Position numbers and translations under genes: made by a program. 64,000 nucleotides of DNA from Balanoglossus misakiensis (taxonomy: Eukaryota; Animalia; Hemichordata): the NCBI GenBank assembly GCA_040954595.2, contig CM082585.2:7465808-7529807 (forward strand). The letters run 5' to 3'. The notes under the pieces were generated by a model. The model did no database searches. It was not told where the DNA came from and saw only the letters and a program-made list of their open reading frames with translations. Of this stretch, positions 1-14,133 are shown piece by piece (the first letter of the stretch is position 1; every line of letters begins with the position of its first letter).

Positions 1-702
1 CCTTTTTTTGTGGGAGACTCGTAAAATTTTATACCGCGGACTCAGTTAAAAACCAACAAAAACCGAAATTAACTGTGAGATGCGTGCGTTTGCTTTGCAT
101 TATGGGAAGTTTGCAATCTCAGCGGGATCAGAGCCTCTGTCACTGACCTCCCGTACATTTCGCAATACATGCAATTTATCAAACGATGCATTCATCGTCA
201 CCTGGATTAAAATAGATGACTATAGCCTACACCACTGTAAACAGAGAACCAGTAACCTCTTGATCGGTACCGTACTTCGTTATCCCACTGTAACCGCCGG
301 CGCGAACGTTTTATTCCCGAACTGCCCCAAACGCTAACGGATGAATATAAATTCCACGAAAGATTGACACGCGTCCTATAAAATCTTCAGCGAAGGCATC
401 ATTTCTCTTGCAACGAATAAAATCAATTATCTCATAAAATGATTTTGCCGCGCACATTGATTTATGTATGGAAACTGTCAATTGCATTGATTTTATTGAT
501 AGTGATGGCCGGGTTAAAGAAACATCCGCCATAAAATCGACTAAAATGAAACCCAAAGTGTAATTATTGATTGGCTGTGGTAAGTTGTTTTCCAGTCAAA
601 GTCAGGCAATCATTTGTATACTGAATGTGACGTATACAACTAGGTTAACTATCTGACTATTTAGTCCATTTTCCTGCAAAAGGACAATATTTCTGTATTC
701 AC

Positions 703-748
703 TATTTCCGGTTCCTGTGATGGTGTATTTCCGGTTCCTGTTAGGGTG
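703..748. repeat. 23-bp tandem duplication
   Basis: TATTTCCGGTTCCTGT..GGTG twice. Confidence 0.85.
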
Positions 749-3449
749 TGAGCGACCATTCACATTGCGTAGTGGCTCACCATCAATACGCCATGGTATC
801 TGTAGCTAAATTTCCATAGGTAACCGTATATACTTTAATATTTGAAACGTCAATTATTTACGGTGTTTTGATTTTAAAAATGAACACTCTTACGAGGTAT
901 TTGGTTACTGATCACAGAGGTTAAATTATCGTGTCCCGCTGCCATGGCGACGCGGTCGATACAAGTTATAATCTAATAAAGTTTTGTACTTCCGGAGTTG
1001 CCGTCTATATTACACTGTCAGAAAGTATTAGAAGTTGATCAACCGTGTGCGTTTCTGACGAATTCTATTTCAAGTAACAGCAATTAAGAAGTATTTGCAG
1101 TCGAGAATAGCGGCCACTTATTTCTGTTTGGATTCTTGCACGCATTTGAAATGCGATGCGGCTATCATTCTCGAGAATGCATCGGGTATTTCGGGGGTAA
1201 CAAATCACGCGAGTTTGGAAAGCTACAGGAATTTCTCTCCTTTGAAATGTGAACGAAAAATTCCAACAATGAAACTGCTTCTTTATAATTTATCAATAAA
1301 AGATACTTCTTTTTTTGCAAGATGATTGGTGTAGAAGAGGGCTGGGGCCAGGGTTAGGGGGGGGGGGTTGTAAGTAGGTGATGAAACATCCGGACGTTCC
1401 TGCAAACTTTAATTATGCACCGGGCATTCTAGACAGATGCATTTCACACATCATGCTAAATATTCTGTGCTTCGACTGAACCACGTCACACTGTGTGATA
1501 GCCATTTAGTGTACAATGTGTCTATCATGTAGGATCGCGTAGACTTCTGCAGTAGCACGTTTGACAGATCCTCGCGATGTGTACCACGCTATTAATCCAA
1601 CCCGTCGATTTTTTAAATACTGTCGTTATTTTCCCAAGCTGCCGTAAATCTTAGTTCGTGCATAGTCGTCACCCTTGCAATATTCCTTACGCGCCGTGTG
1701 CATTCTCCCTCTCGATCCAGTCGCAGCGAAGATCGATATTCAAAACGGGCCTTTGACTAGAGGGATCAGTGTATTAAATGCACGCTGCTCGGACAACCGC
1801 AGGAAACAAATAGACGCAAACAAAAGGAAGACGTCGCCGCTTGTTCTGCCGCCAGCGAAAGTGGGATACGACACTGCCGGCCTCCGACTCGCCAAAGGGG
1901 ACATGTTCTTGTGAAGGTCGCCGAAAAGCAGAGGACGCTTCGACCGGAATAGATAATATATGCGTGTCAGCAGCATACAGCGACGGACATCAGACTATAA
2001 GCAGGTGAGGGATTAGCATTTTGCGGTATTCGTCTTCAATTGTCTACCCACACTGACTATAAATAGTCGGCACTATGCATATAACGGTGTAATTTCCCCC
2101 GTGTTGACCTAACGGCGCACAGCAGGCAGAATTAACATGATGAGAGCGACGCAGCGTGACTCGCGATATTAAAGCACTCCAAGTACTCCGGTGATACCGT
2201 GATCGAACAGACGATATCGTGCAAGGTACCCGCAGCCTCGTTATATCGGTTTCAGTTTTATAATATAGTCACGTTTTTTTAAGGAAGGCCGTCGGGCTTT
2301 GAGGCTCACCGTCACGCCACATTACGTAACGTTCAATTTTTCAGAAACAATGTCGACAAAAAAAAATCAGTCTGCACGCTCACCAACTACTCTATTGTTG
2401 TCATGGTAATCATCATTTCCATGGGTACAACACGCAAAAATCGACAGGATGACAATAACATAAAAGCAACATCTATCCACCAGAATGATGTATATTTGTA
2501 TAGGTGTCTGGTTTCATTGTAACAAAGTCTGCGGGGTATTTATGCGCCAATCGTTCATAAAATCACAAATTATACCGTTTCTATTGTACATTCCGACCGA
2601 TAAAACACTTTCGTTGGTATATCGTGGGTTCCTCATATTTACACAGGACTGGGGTTATTTCCAAGTCCTCAGACAGGTGGCAGTCGGGGTCAAAGGTCGC
2701 GGAAGTTTTTGGCTGCATTCGAAAAACCAAGTTTCCCTTATATCGATCCAAATTGATTAAGGCGCCCGTAACGTGGCATGGAGGTTGTCTTGAGTAAAAA
2801 AATCAACATTAATCGATCGCGCAGAATACAAAATAGCATAAAGTGCACTGTCATCATATTGAGCGCAAATTTGGAGATTTCTAATCTGAAAATAAAACAG
2901 GGAGTGGTGACGTCACGGCGCCTCACCACGAGACCATGGAAACACCTCCAAAACAATCAGTGTATGTGAATATCAGAAAAATATAACAGTTGCTTAAAAC
3001 AACAATGCATCGCCCGCCGCGAAAGTAGGGTGATTGCGTGCGAGAGCGTGGACTCTGCTCAGCCAAACGAACGGCAGGCGACAAAGGGCATGCGACTAGA
3101 AAAACATCTTTTCTCAGACGCGCGTTTATTCTCTCGACATATTGTTTGCTTGATTATTCACTCAGATAATGCGTGGTCCGATAATTGCTTTGGTCGCAGA
3201 AATAACCAGGGTTTCAGTTTTCAATAAGGATGTATTACGATTTGTGTTTATTAATTGAAATTGTCGGAATCTCTAAACCGGTACCCAGTATCACGGTTAA
3301 ACTAACGAATAGAAAAGAATGGTAACCAGCGCGCAAAGTTTGGGTTTGGTAGGCAAATTACCTCATATTATCCAAGGTTTCAAACGGCCTTCTGGCAAGT
3401 TTCAATATCATGATAATGTGGGTTTAGAAACTATCGCGTTCGACTGCCA

Positions 3450-3725
3450 GTGATTGGCCACACTTCTACCCGGCGTCCGATTGGTCGTACGCCGACCAAT
3501 TAGATGGTCAAACGGTAATTCGGACCCGATTGGTCACCCCGGCCGATTGGTGAAACATGACTGGTTGGTCACACGTCGATCGACTGGTTGGTCAAACTTT
3601 GGTCGCATTTTGGCCAACTTACTGGCGCGCGCTGTCTGACTGGTTGGTTGGGCAGGCATGTGACAGTGGTTGGTAAAATTGACTGGTTGGTCATTCACCA
3701 TTCGTAATCAATGATTGGTTGGCCG
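3450..3725. repeat. Degenerate GAYTGG(TTGG)TC repeat / CCAAT-box cluster
   Basis: Six ATTGG/CCAAT and four GACTGGTTGGT within ~280 bp. Confidence 0.7.
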
Positions 3726-6700
3726 CAACTGAAACCGACGGATTCAGTGATTACCATAACAACGGTTGCCTGGCAGACACACAGGCCTGTAGATGCGGTT
3801 CATCGGTTGATTAAGCCGGCATCAATAATTCAAAGAACATTCTGTCTACAGTAATTTTGATGGCAAACGAGTAAATTACTTTTCATCATTACAAGGGCCC
3901 CCGAAGGAGACGCAATTTTCTAATTTAGAAAAAAAATATCAAAATGGCTGACGTCACTTCAAAAATATCTGGTAACATAATGACCGAAGCAAACAATGCA
4001 TGAACGATGTGATGTCCTTGTAGCTGTATCTGTCATTTTCCACGGTGATATATTACTACATACTAGTATCGCAATCTCACCATTTGCATCGCATCAGAAA
4101 TACTAATAGAATCGTTTATTACCCTTTTATAAAATTTAATTTTTATATATCTCTTTCTCAATTTTCGTGTTTGAATCCCAGCTAGGCTATTTTCCCATTG
4201 TTGTATGGTTTGTCATTCAGGAGTGTCGTTGCATGTGTGGTTAGGTTTGTCTAGTATAAAAACGTGGTAGCCACATTATTAGGTGTACCCGCAAATATAA
4301 TGCATGCACTGCACCCAACGCACGCAGCTGCCTTTCGACGCGGGGCACGCAAGTGCACGCGCATGTTGGCACGAAGAGACGGCATGCTGTGAAGTGTACT
4401 GCTACTGCTGGCGTTGTTTGTCAGAAATGCTTGTCCTCATCACCTCCGGAATGATTCCGAGCCCCCCCCCCTTCCGTGGGCAATGGTCGATCCCTACAGG
4501 CGATGCGAGCCTTGGCCCCAAGCAGTTCAACATAAAAGTAGCACGGGACGCTCTCCGATCGCTTTCTAAAGTAGGCTGACGTCTTGAAACCGTGTGATGC
4601 GAGTGGTTTTGAAACCATGGCAGCCGGGGAGACATCATCGTTTTTAGTTTGCGGTTCATTCATGGAGAACTCACTCCATCAAAACAAGATCTCGGAACGT
4701 CAGACCCGTGATTAAGCAAAACAAACCAGCAAAGAGTACTAGTGGATCATCGTTATATGAGAATGCATGAAATCCGAGTTCCACGCTATATTTGCGCGAT
4801 CTTTCTGACCCGAGAACTCTATCACTCGAGAAAAAGGAATTTCGGACGGAAATTGCGAAGAGGCCAACTATGTATAGAGTCTGGCCGCGGCACAAATTTC
4901 GTCTCCATTCACCATAACGCTGACTGTGGTGACGTATCTACCCTGGCCGTATATGGTATTTGTTGTATCATATTCCTCGAGCATAAAGACAGCGTGAGCA
5001 GGCCCCCAACAAGAATTTCAGAAATAGTTCCAGAGTAAAATGGTTCAAAAGTTTACAGCTCATAAATGTTTTCATTTTGAACGCTGACAGTTCGGGTTGC
5101 GAATATGATCCGAGTGGGTCGTAATCGCCTACGCGAAAAACACACACCAGACTTGCCTGGGCCGGCCTATACACTAGACCGGGCTTGGACATCAATTAGT
5201 TGTTTGCGCTAAGCTTCGTGATCGGTTGTCTTGCGAAATATTTCTGGTGGAACTTGACGAGCTTCGCAGAGCCAGATACCGAATATGATCCAGGCTCTGT
5301 GTGTGTCCGTGATGAATGAAGGCAGAACACATCCCACGTTACACTAAATGGTCCTTGCTTGTGTTGTTATGAATATACACGCAATTATTCAATCGTGTAA
5401 CGGTATAGTGGATCTTGAATGGATATCCCTTAAAGCCACATGCATGAGCTGCAACTTTTGAGAAATTATCATGAGATTTATTTCTAAACTTCACCAATAC
5501 TAGCCCATACAGATGTATGCACTTAAGTATATACAAGTTGAAGTATTATATTATGGGTGCATATGCAAGTTCTAACCAGATAAAGTTGCCGCTGATGAGG
5601 CTCTAAAACGTGACGAAATCGGACAGCCCTCCCCTCCCCAAGGGTTGAGGTGTCCGTGGGTATGTTTACACCTGTGATCGGATGAACCGGTCGTGGCACG
5701 ACCGTAGTCACGCGCCCATCCACTACCAAAGATAAGATTTAAATCTCGCGAATAAAATCCAACCCCTTGATCGATGCAGACTGAAAACGCAATTTTGAAA
5801 CCCAACTGAGAAACAGCAATTGTTAATAGGCCTTTTTTATCCGATAATGGGTCATTTTGAGCCGTGCGTCGCTGTACTTTTATTGTTGAATTGAAATCCA
5901 GGTCACTTGTCAATAATGCATGAATAGCCCAAAGTGGTATAAATTATGTATTCCCTCACAGCAAATCCTGGAAAGGGTCTGTTATAAAGTTGGCCACGGT
6001 GTGTTGGCACAGTCAATAATCAATTATAGACTGAAGGAAGCTTTCTTTCATATCTGAGTACATTGTTTTCTACGGCCGCTGTGACTTTGACGGGTAAGAG
6101 AGATTTTGCAGCCAGTAGCCCACTTTCGTGGCACTTTATCAAACAGCGCGTTTGTATAAACTTATTTTTTGTCATTGTACAATAATTGTACCAGATGTCA
6201 CGTGACGACTAGCCCTCAGTGGACAAGTCTCGACTGTCTTCTGCGTCTATACACAAAACACGAGTTGGCAGAAATAAACCACGGACGCCGGAACTTGCAA
6301 ATGATCTTGTTAGCACAGGTGAAATTTTAAGTGGATTGTCCAAGACTCTGGGAAATTGGTCCACTCAGTAGGTAACACACTTTCAAGGTCGTACAGGTGT
6401 GTCCCCCCCCCGTCGGTAGCGTTGTGTGGTGCGTGGTTACCTAATTGCCTGCGACAAACACAAATAGTAGTTGCGTATAGCAAATATAATAAGTCCTTAT
6501 AAAAACAGCCAAAAGGTTGATCGGGCCAACATCACACAACCCAGGGCGAATCTCCATGCCGTTTATATTCAGGAAACAGGATTGAGAGGGACTAATTAAT
6601 ATACCTTGTCAGTTTTAATGTAATCCCAGTTCTTGCCTCGACAATAAATATTCAAATAGCGGGTATCGACACGGAAACACGTATACCTAACCATGTTCAA

Positions 6701-9503
6701 GTTCGTCGTGACTCGATTCGAAGCAAAGGAGAATACATTTGTATTTAAAAATAATAAAATCATTGAAAAAGATCAGATCAACAGACTCACTCGAAAGCAT
6801 AATGTCGGAAAACAAAGTTTCAAAAAAGTACACCAGTTTTTGACCTTTAGGCTTAATAATACCACTTTTTAATTTTCAACTTAAAAGTAACGCGCATGTA
6901 ATATGCAATCAGCGTTGGTGTATTATACAGCATAAGTACATGTAAGTTGCTATAGCTACCTTTCGTGTTTTTTAAATTTTTGCTACCTCCAATTTTATAA
7001 ACTCCGTCGCCTTATTAAACATATTCCGCAGTTTGGAGTCTGTACTATGTTACGCCGTTTGGGAGAGAGTCGTCAGTGAGAGGTTTACCCCGAATCAATG
7101 TTTTTGTTTTGACAGTACATTCCTGTCGAAAGTGCTCCGAGACAAACAAGTTGTGAGGTCCACGTTGGTGATATATGTCTGATTTCTGTCTTTTTTGTCT
7201 GAAAATGCGTTGGCACCTGGATTGCAACGACAAAACTCTCGGTTTGTTACAGTTTCCCGTAATAGGTTTTAACGAGAGGATATTTTAGCCGCACTTGTCA
7301 GCAAATGACAGATCGATGGGCTGCCTGGAGATGGCATTTATTCAATGGCTCTAAGTGATGTATCGCCATTAACTGGTTTTGATAATACGTGTATCACTTT
7401 ACATGAATGTAAAATGTTTTCCCGGACACGCTGATATGTTTTCATTCCAGCGAGGTCCTCTAAAATCGTCCCTATGCACGCAGCGTACATTCATTGAGCG
7501 AATCTCTGCGCGTATTTACAGTTGGAAAGCGTCCACGCACTCAGCGCGTTCACTTCTGTGAGACATTCGACACGTGACACGATAGCCAATCAAAACGCGC
7601 TGTTAGCCGCACTGTTCGTTCATGGCAACCTTTCTTTCTTTCGAACAGTGTTCGATTATTGGAGTCGGGAGAAGAATGCCTGTCTTACGTAGGGCAGGCT
7701 CGTACCCATTGTGCAGAATGCGACCGGCAGCCGTAACACCCTCTGCGAAAATCTCTCGGATATAACGGGGCCTGAAATATCGCCGACTTGCGCAAGCTGA
7801 CAACATCGTCTGTTTACAGAGATAGCCGCGTACTATACATTATTAACTTTCACATCACCGACAACCAGCGGAAAACGTAGGGCACCGTTCGTCCGAACGC
7901 GAAGACACGGCCGCTGTCGGCTTGTTCCCAGGTCTGTTTCTCTGGCTGGTGCGACACAATGTCCACTGGCGACCAGAAATAGGTAGGTTGGAGGATTTTT
8001 TTTAATCGGCGTCTTGGGTTTCACTGTGTACACGATGAACAGAGATTCGGTACTGGTTTAACACAATGACATCGCCTGTTGTTTGCGATACCATTTCAAG
8101 TACGCGTTAAAAGGCTTTGTTGATGTTTTAAAGCTACTCACGACGGAGAGAAGGACTGTACATGTCGGTACCACGATAGTGTGTATATAGTCGCCAACTC
8201 TCCCATTCACCGGTGTTTTCCCCTCTTTGCCAGGCCCTGTAAAACAAACTTGTCAAGTACTGAACACATCGGAGGGTCGCCGTTCCGCCCTCGATCCGGC
8301 GACGCGGTAACCAAGTTCACGTCAGATTTAACGACCCCTCGGAATAATTCTCGCGCGTGAGACTGAAGTGTGGAATTGTTATCAAAACAACGCGCAATTG
8401 ACTTCTAGTTACGGCTTTTTGATGTTTAAATACTTTGTTAGTTCGAGATAAATTACCCGTCCAGCGAAACGCGTACACATATCAAGAGTTTGACCTCGAG
8501 GCCATTATAAACATCGCCGTAACCCGAACACTGCTCGCAGAATGTAGATCGTCGCCGGGTCATTGCCACACACGCAAAAACTCGCGTCACCATGTCATCC
8601 TATTATTAAATAATAGCAGATTTTTTTTTAATCCCAGCATGTCCCACCCGGGATGACGTCATTAGGTACGGCCGTTCGGGGGTGTTTTTTAAGAGTCCGT
8701 GTGATACGGTCATGTCAGAACAGGGAGAATTTATTTGAGCAAGAATGGAAATTTGATCTCAGATCATTACTGACTTTTGAAGCGTAATCGGAATTGGCAT
8801 TCCTTCGACAGCTTACACAGTCAGCGAAACGCACAACGAAATGTCTTGTTTTCGTCAATGTGTGGTTTAGAGACAAGGGCTGGCCCGCCGGAGAGCGGAG
8901 AGATTTTTCCGCCGATTCTGGACGGGCATCGCTGTAAGACCGGTACTCTGCCGGGAAGAGTAAAATCAATCAGTCGGTAAATCATTTCATAAAAAAGGGG
9001 GAAAATAAGTGCTATTAAGGGAAGTGGAAATTCCAGAGTCATCCTTTGGGGCCCTGTGAATGAAAACATCGCTCCCGCACACGTGGAAACGGTTCCCAAA
9101 CAGTCAACTTGCGTTAGCCGCAGTATGATCTCGACACACCGGTTGATTTTTCCCTTTCTCTCTCGTTCTGCGAATTTCTTTTTGCGTCGACGGGCACGAA
9201 AAAGTATGTCGCTGACGGGCTAAAGAAGCGAACAAATACTATAGTACTTCGCTACGTGTTCCGCTATGAGTTGATCTTTAATTTGAAGCTACGGTGACCC
9301 TCACAATTGTCTCTTTACGCTTGAGAGGTCTTTTTTGTTTTGCGACTGACCAGCGCCGGACCTGTGTGACCGCGTGCGGCATACCTTGACACGGTCAGCA
9401 TTTTGCGTCCGTAGTCAGGGGCATGGGGTCAGCCTATCGGATAATTGGACACTCACAGTCACAACCATTCAGTGTGGTAAAACCCTCGGTTTATAAAAGT
9501 CAA

Positions 9504-9640
9504 TAATGAGAATTTTAACCCGAAGTTAGCCTAATCCCCATGCACTGAGTTAGATAACTTCGTTTCGACGCGTTACCTTTTATTACACGGGCTTTAGAAC
9601 CGCGAGTGATAAAACCTGGTCGATTCTAAAATTCTCATTA
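9504..9640. mobile_element. Degenerate MITE-like element
   Basis: 14-bp terminal IR TAATGAGAATTTTA / TAAAATTCTCATTA plus an internal CGAAGTTA / TAACTTCG IR. Confidence 0.45.
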
Positions 9641-10595
9641 CTATACGTAATAGCTTTCTCGTTTTTTTTTCTTGTTGTGAAAAAGTATGTAGTTCAAAGT
9701 AGGCTATTACAACTGTATGCATCTAGTTTTGGTTTGGTTGTGGGCAGCGTATGAAATGATACGTAGGGCTTAATATTTTTCTTCAGATTTGAGTGACTTA
9801 GGCTTTTCGAGAAATATCACAAGCTGTTCGCCGCTTTGCGAAGAACTCAGATGATTACAATGAGTGTTGTCGACCGTTAGAATGATGTTGTACAAAACAA
9901 CATTATTCTAACGGCAGTACTCTCGCGCTCTCGCAAATGGAACTCGCAGCCAAACGTGTGCGCCATATTCTGGATTTTGTTTTCCAAAATGAAATCCCGG
10001 AAAACGTAAACACATTGCCGTCAAAAGCCGGGTATGGCGAGAGATGAGATCGGCTGTCGTTGCTTCTGTTAAGGCTCCTGAAATCATATCCACCGTCGCA
10101 GAAATATTTGCAGATACGCGAGAACAAGGCGGCGCGTTATTATAGACCTTGAGATCCCATCCGTTCCCGGAATTGATTATAAAACGCAGCTTCAATTCAA
10201 TATGCCGGGTTTGTCCTTCAGTTTCCCCTTCTATCATCTTCTACAAGATCAAAGTAAGTCACGATTTTTGTTTTATGGTTCGTCTCCAGTCCTCAGCGTT
10301 GTGGAGTAACGACCAAGTAAGAAATATCGCAGCGATTTCACTACGTACGACAAGAGAACATTCCTTCGGGTTGCACTTGCGCCCTTTATCTCTGCCGTGC
10401 GTATTGGACGCCATTTTCTTTCTCGAAATAAGTGTATGTATATATAGCGATACTGTAACGGGGGGTTCGGGCTGACACATTTCAACAAGTTTCGCCGACT
10501 GTCGTCGCCTCGATGAAGTCTGGGCTGATCTGAATTTAATGATAACAACTGGGACGAATTGCACGGCCACGCTTTCCATTGCTAATGACGCCACC

Positions 10596-13500
10596 GTCAC
10601 CATAGCAACGCAGCAGTAGCTGTTACACGCTTCAATGTGTACTTCTTCCTCTCGCCGGCACCCTAGTTTTTTTTGGAAAATCGACGTGTTTTATTTTCTG
10701 TTCGATTGAGAAGTATGACTAGTCAATAGCGAGCTTAGCCCAGACAATGAGAAAATAGTTGTTTTCGTAAATGTCTGATTTCGTGTTATTTGGATTCTCT
10801 GCACGTGGGAGAAACTAACTTAGCTAGATTCAAAACAAGACGGAAACTCGACATGATTTAACAGCAATACCACATAATGTGTTGACACTGCAATCAGGAC
10901 AGGACCTGACGGCGGCTGTAAGTTCCCTAGTGCCTCAGTTCCATAAAAACCACTGCCCCATTTGCAACTGATAAACACGAGGTGGTTTTCCATTTCGGCA
11001 ATCACCCGGTCGTTTTCGGGTCACCGCCGCTCAAGACTCACTCCGTTACGCCAAACTGGCTTTGTATATACACCTCGAAGTTCAGGCAGTGTCAAGGTTC
11101 TTGCGTCATGCGACGTACCGGCTCCGGGCCTGCGACCACATCAAGCCTAACGTCTGTCTTGACCCGAGTTGTTCGTAGGTTGCTATTTTGGTCATATAGT
11201 CTATTCACGTAGGTCTACCTACAGACGCAACGCCGTGATAATATCGGCTTCCCCGTTATATTTAAAGAGCGAGCGACACATGATGATGACAAAAAAAATC
11301 TGCATGGTAGCCGGGCCCCGGGCGGACGTATCCCAAGCGGCACCGCAAAGACCCTCGGCAACTCTGCGGAGCTCATTAATTACAAAAAAAGTAATTCCTG
11401 AGTGTGCCGCCGGACATTAGGTGTTGAAATTCACGTCTCTCACACAGAAGACCGTATTCAGACCCATCCTCCAGACAGTCCGCGATCAATTAAGCATACT
11501 CAAATTCTAGGTTTTTATATGACAATAAATGACAAAATTGGTTCTCCAGCACGTAAAAACAAAATGGCCGCAAAAATGTGACGGATTGCTCAGTCCCTCT
11601 ACTGACGGTGGACAGTGAAACATGGCGGAGATACCTTTATAAGTGTTTTTTTTGTCATACGAGTACAAGACACTTTGGTGATTGTAGGAATAACCTTCCT
11701 TGCCAGAATAGTAGGCTTAATCATGTTCTGTCGACACTTTTTTTACGTTCGTTCCAGTCTTTGTTTTCTCACGGTCCCACCATCACCGTGGGTTTTTCTT
11801 TACCCTTTAAATTCGATGCATTGTCAGGTGTAGTGTTGCCGCCATTGACGACCGTGGCGTTGCGTGCCGGCACGAATAGCGATGCGCACAACGGGCGTGA
11901 TGAGTGCAAAGAGTGTGACGGTCCGCGCCAGCACAATAGGAAACAATAACACGCAAACACAGGTATTGAACCAAATTGACCCCTTTGACACGCATCAATA
12001 TTATATGACCGTTGCAAGCTGTAAAATTGCCCTAACCGCCAACGACAACTCCAGTTCTCTGTTGATAGGAGTGCAGGGCGATTTAGTGGCAATATACACT
12101 ATCTCAGCCGGCATTCACATCGCGACAGAACGCAGCGCCTTTGGTTTTGCATATATAGTTGGTATCTCTCTCTCTCTTTGCACAATGTACACGCGGCGAT
12201 TGCATTCAGTGCCTCGCGCGTCCTGTTGTCATGGTAACCGCTCATTAGCAACTCGGCCGATGTTGCCTCATTCAATGTAAAGAAAAATGAACCCCTTTTT
12301 CCAATGACGTTTCAACTGCAGTGCCCTTTCAGGCGCACAAACCGTGGGTGACGGCAAGAAAACTGTGTTTTCGTAGCGAGTCTGAATTCACCGCTATGGC
12401 ATTGAATTCAGACATTGAAATTAGTCAGTGACTGGCAAATTTCTTCTGTGAGTCCGTCGATCTGGCAGGGTATGGCTATTGACTGTTCGAATCATTCTCC
12501 AACGTCGCGTGGAAACGGAGCTTATAAAAAGAAAACCGAGAACGAAATGATGTTGACAAAAAGTACAGCACTCCTTTCAAAGATGTTAGGCAATTCTTGA
12601 AAAATGACCCTTGTAAGATTAGAATTGATCACAATTTTAGCAGAGTCGTGACTGGGCATGTTTGCCCGTCTTCTTCGCGCGATCCGTAATTCGTGGGTTT
12701 CTGTATACTTAAGGTGAGATTGTAGTCGTTGTAGGCAATGGTTATGGGACGCATCGGTTTGGAATACAAAGTATGAAGGACTCGGGCAGTTAGCTGGCTG
12801 TGCGGTAGCTGTCAATGAGAACAGCACTTGTGTGTTAACTATATGGGCTTCCTTGCCTAAATGGATGTGCAGCGGTATGGCATGTCCAGCCGAGCCCGGA
12901 AAATGTCACCGGACTCGCCGTGGCACTCATCTTGTCGCCACGGCAACGCATCGATCAATGCGATACTGTCGGGTAAAGAAAACACTCCGCCATTGTTAGG
13001 TAGAATAGGACACGTGTAGGCGCCTACTGAGCTGAAAATTACCTCAATTTTACACCAGCAGTTAATGAAAACGGCGAACATCACGCCTGTTCTCACGTGA
13101 CGTGATGCAATAAGCTGACCGCGAAAACAACTGTAAAGTGACAAAAAGGTGTTAAATGATGATTTTCTGCTCATTGCGAGATCTCGCAGGGTCTCGCGGT
13201 GTTCGGAAAATGGTCTATTATAGTATCTTCCAAGAATTTGGTTTAAGCAGAAACTGTTCTCCTCCGTGTGCAGACGGAGTCGGCGAATTAAATCGCAATT
13301 TAAAATCAATATGATATTGATTTAAGCGTAACATTCCTGTTCGTGTATAGACAACGATTTCGTAGATCTGTTATTTTTTTCCTTTTGATACCGTGCGATT
13401 GCAACAGATAAGATTATTTTGCAATCAAAACGAAGCTGTATGGTCGTACATATCGAAAAGGGTTTTCACCGTCGTTAAATCGTTGCCAGGGGCAACATGG

Positions 13501-14133
13501 ATGGCCATCTCCATTTTGATGAGATTCTTCTTCTCCTTGATTAGAAATGATTGCCATGGTAACATCGCACATCCTGTCTGAAATAACTTCAAATTATGCC
13601 TGTTGCCGTTCCCGCAGAATGTCTCGACGCGAAGGTTGCATGCGCAGGCCCGTGTCCATGGCGACTGATCGAGATTTAATTCGGAGTTTCACAGTTAATA
13701 TAAAACCTACGTATATTCGGGGAAGAAATTGTTTCAGTAAAATATTAGACAGAACAGGCTCTGATTTACGCAAGTGTAACGCACAAACCATCGGCTTCGA
13801 TTTTAACAGGCATGCAGGTAGAACATATTTAGTAGATTTCGAGTAGTTTCCATGGAAACAGACGTATATTTTTGCGAATCATACAGAACTTAAGTGAAAG
13901 GCACGACAAGAGATAGAGGTTGTATATGCGTGACATTGGAATCGTGTCGTAGCAAACAGTAGACAACGCAGTCGCAGTATTCTTCTGCGTAAAATCACTT
14001 AAATATCCCACAGCATTATTGTTACTGCTGACATGTTCTATACAGAATGACTGGTGAAAATCGCAGAATCGGTCATTTTACTGTAGAACTATAATGAGAG
14101 CACCATTTTACACAGCGCGACCACCATAGCAAC
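10596..14133. promoter_or_regulatory. Cluster of RFX X-box-like motifs upstream of NCKX
   Basis: Motifs at 10596, 12225, 12934, 13482, 13550, 13652, 13846 and 14120 match or nearly match GTNRCC-N(0-3)-RGYAAC. Confidence 0.5.

Noticed and set aside
3450-3725. CRISPR-like repeat-spacer appearance
   Set aside because: Repeats are too short and degenerate, spacing is irregular, there are no cas genes and the context is eukaryotic.
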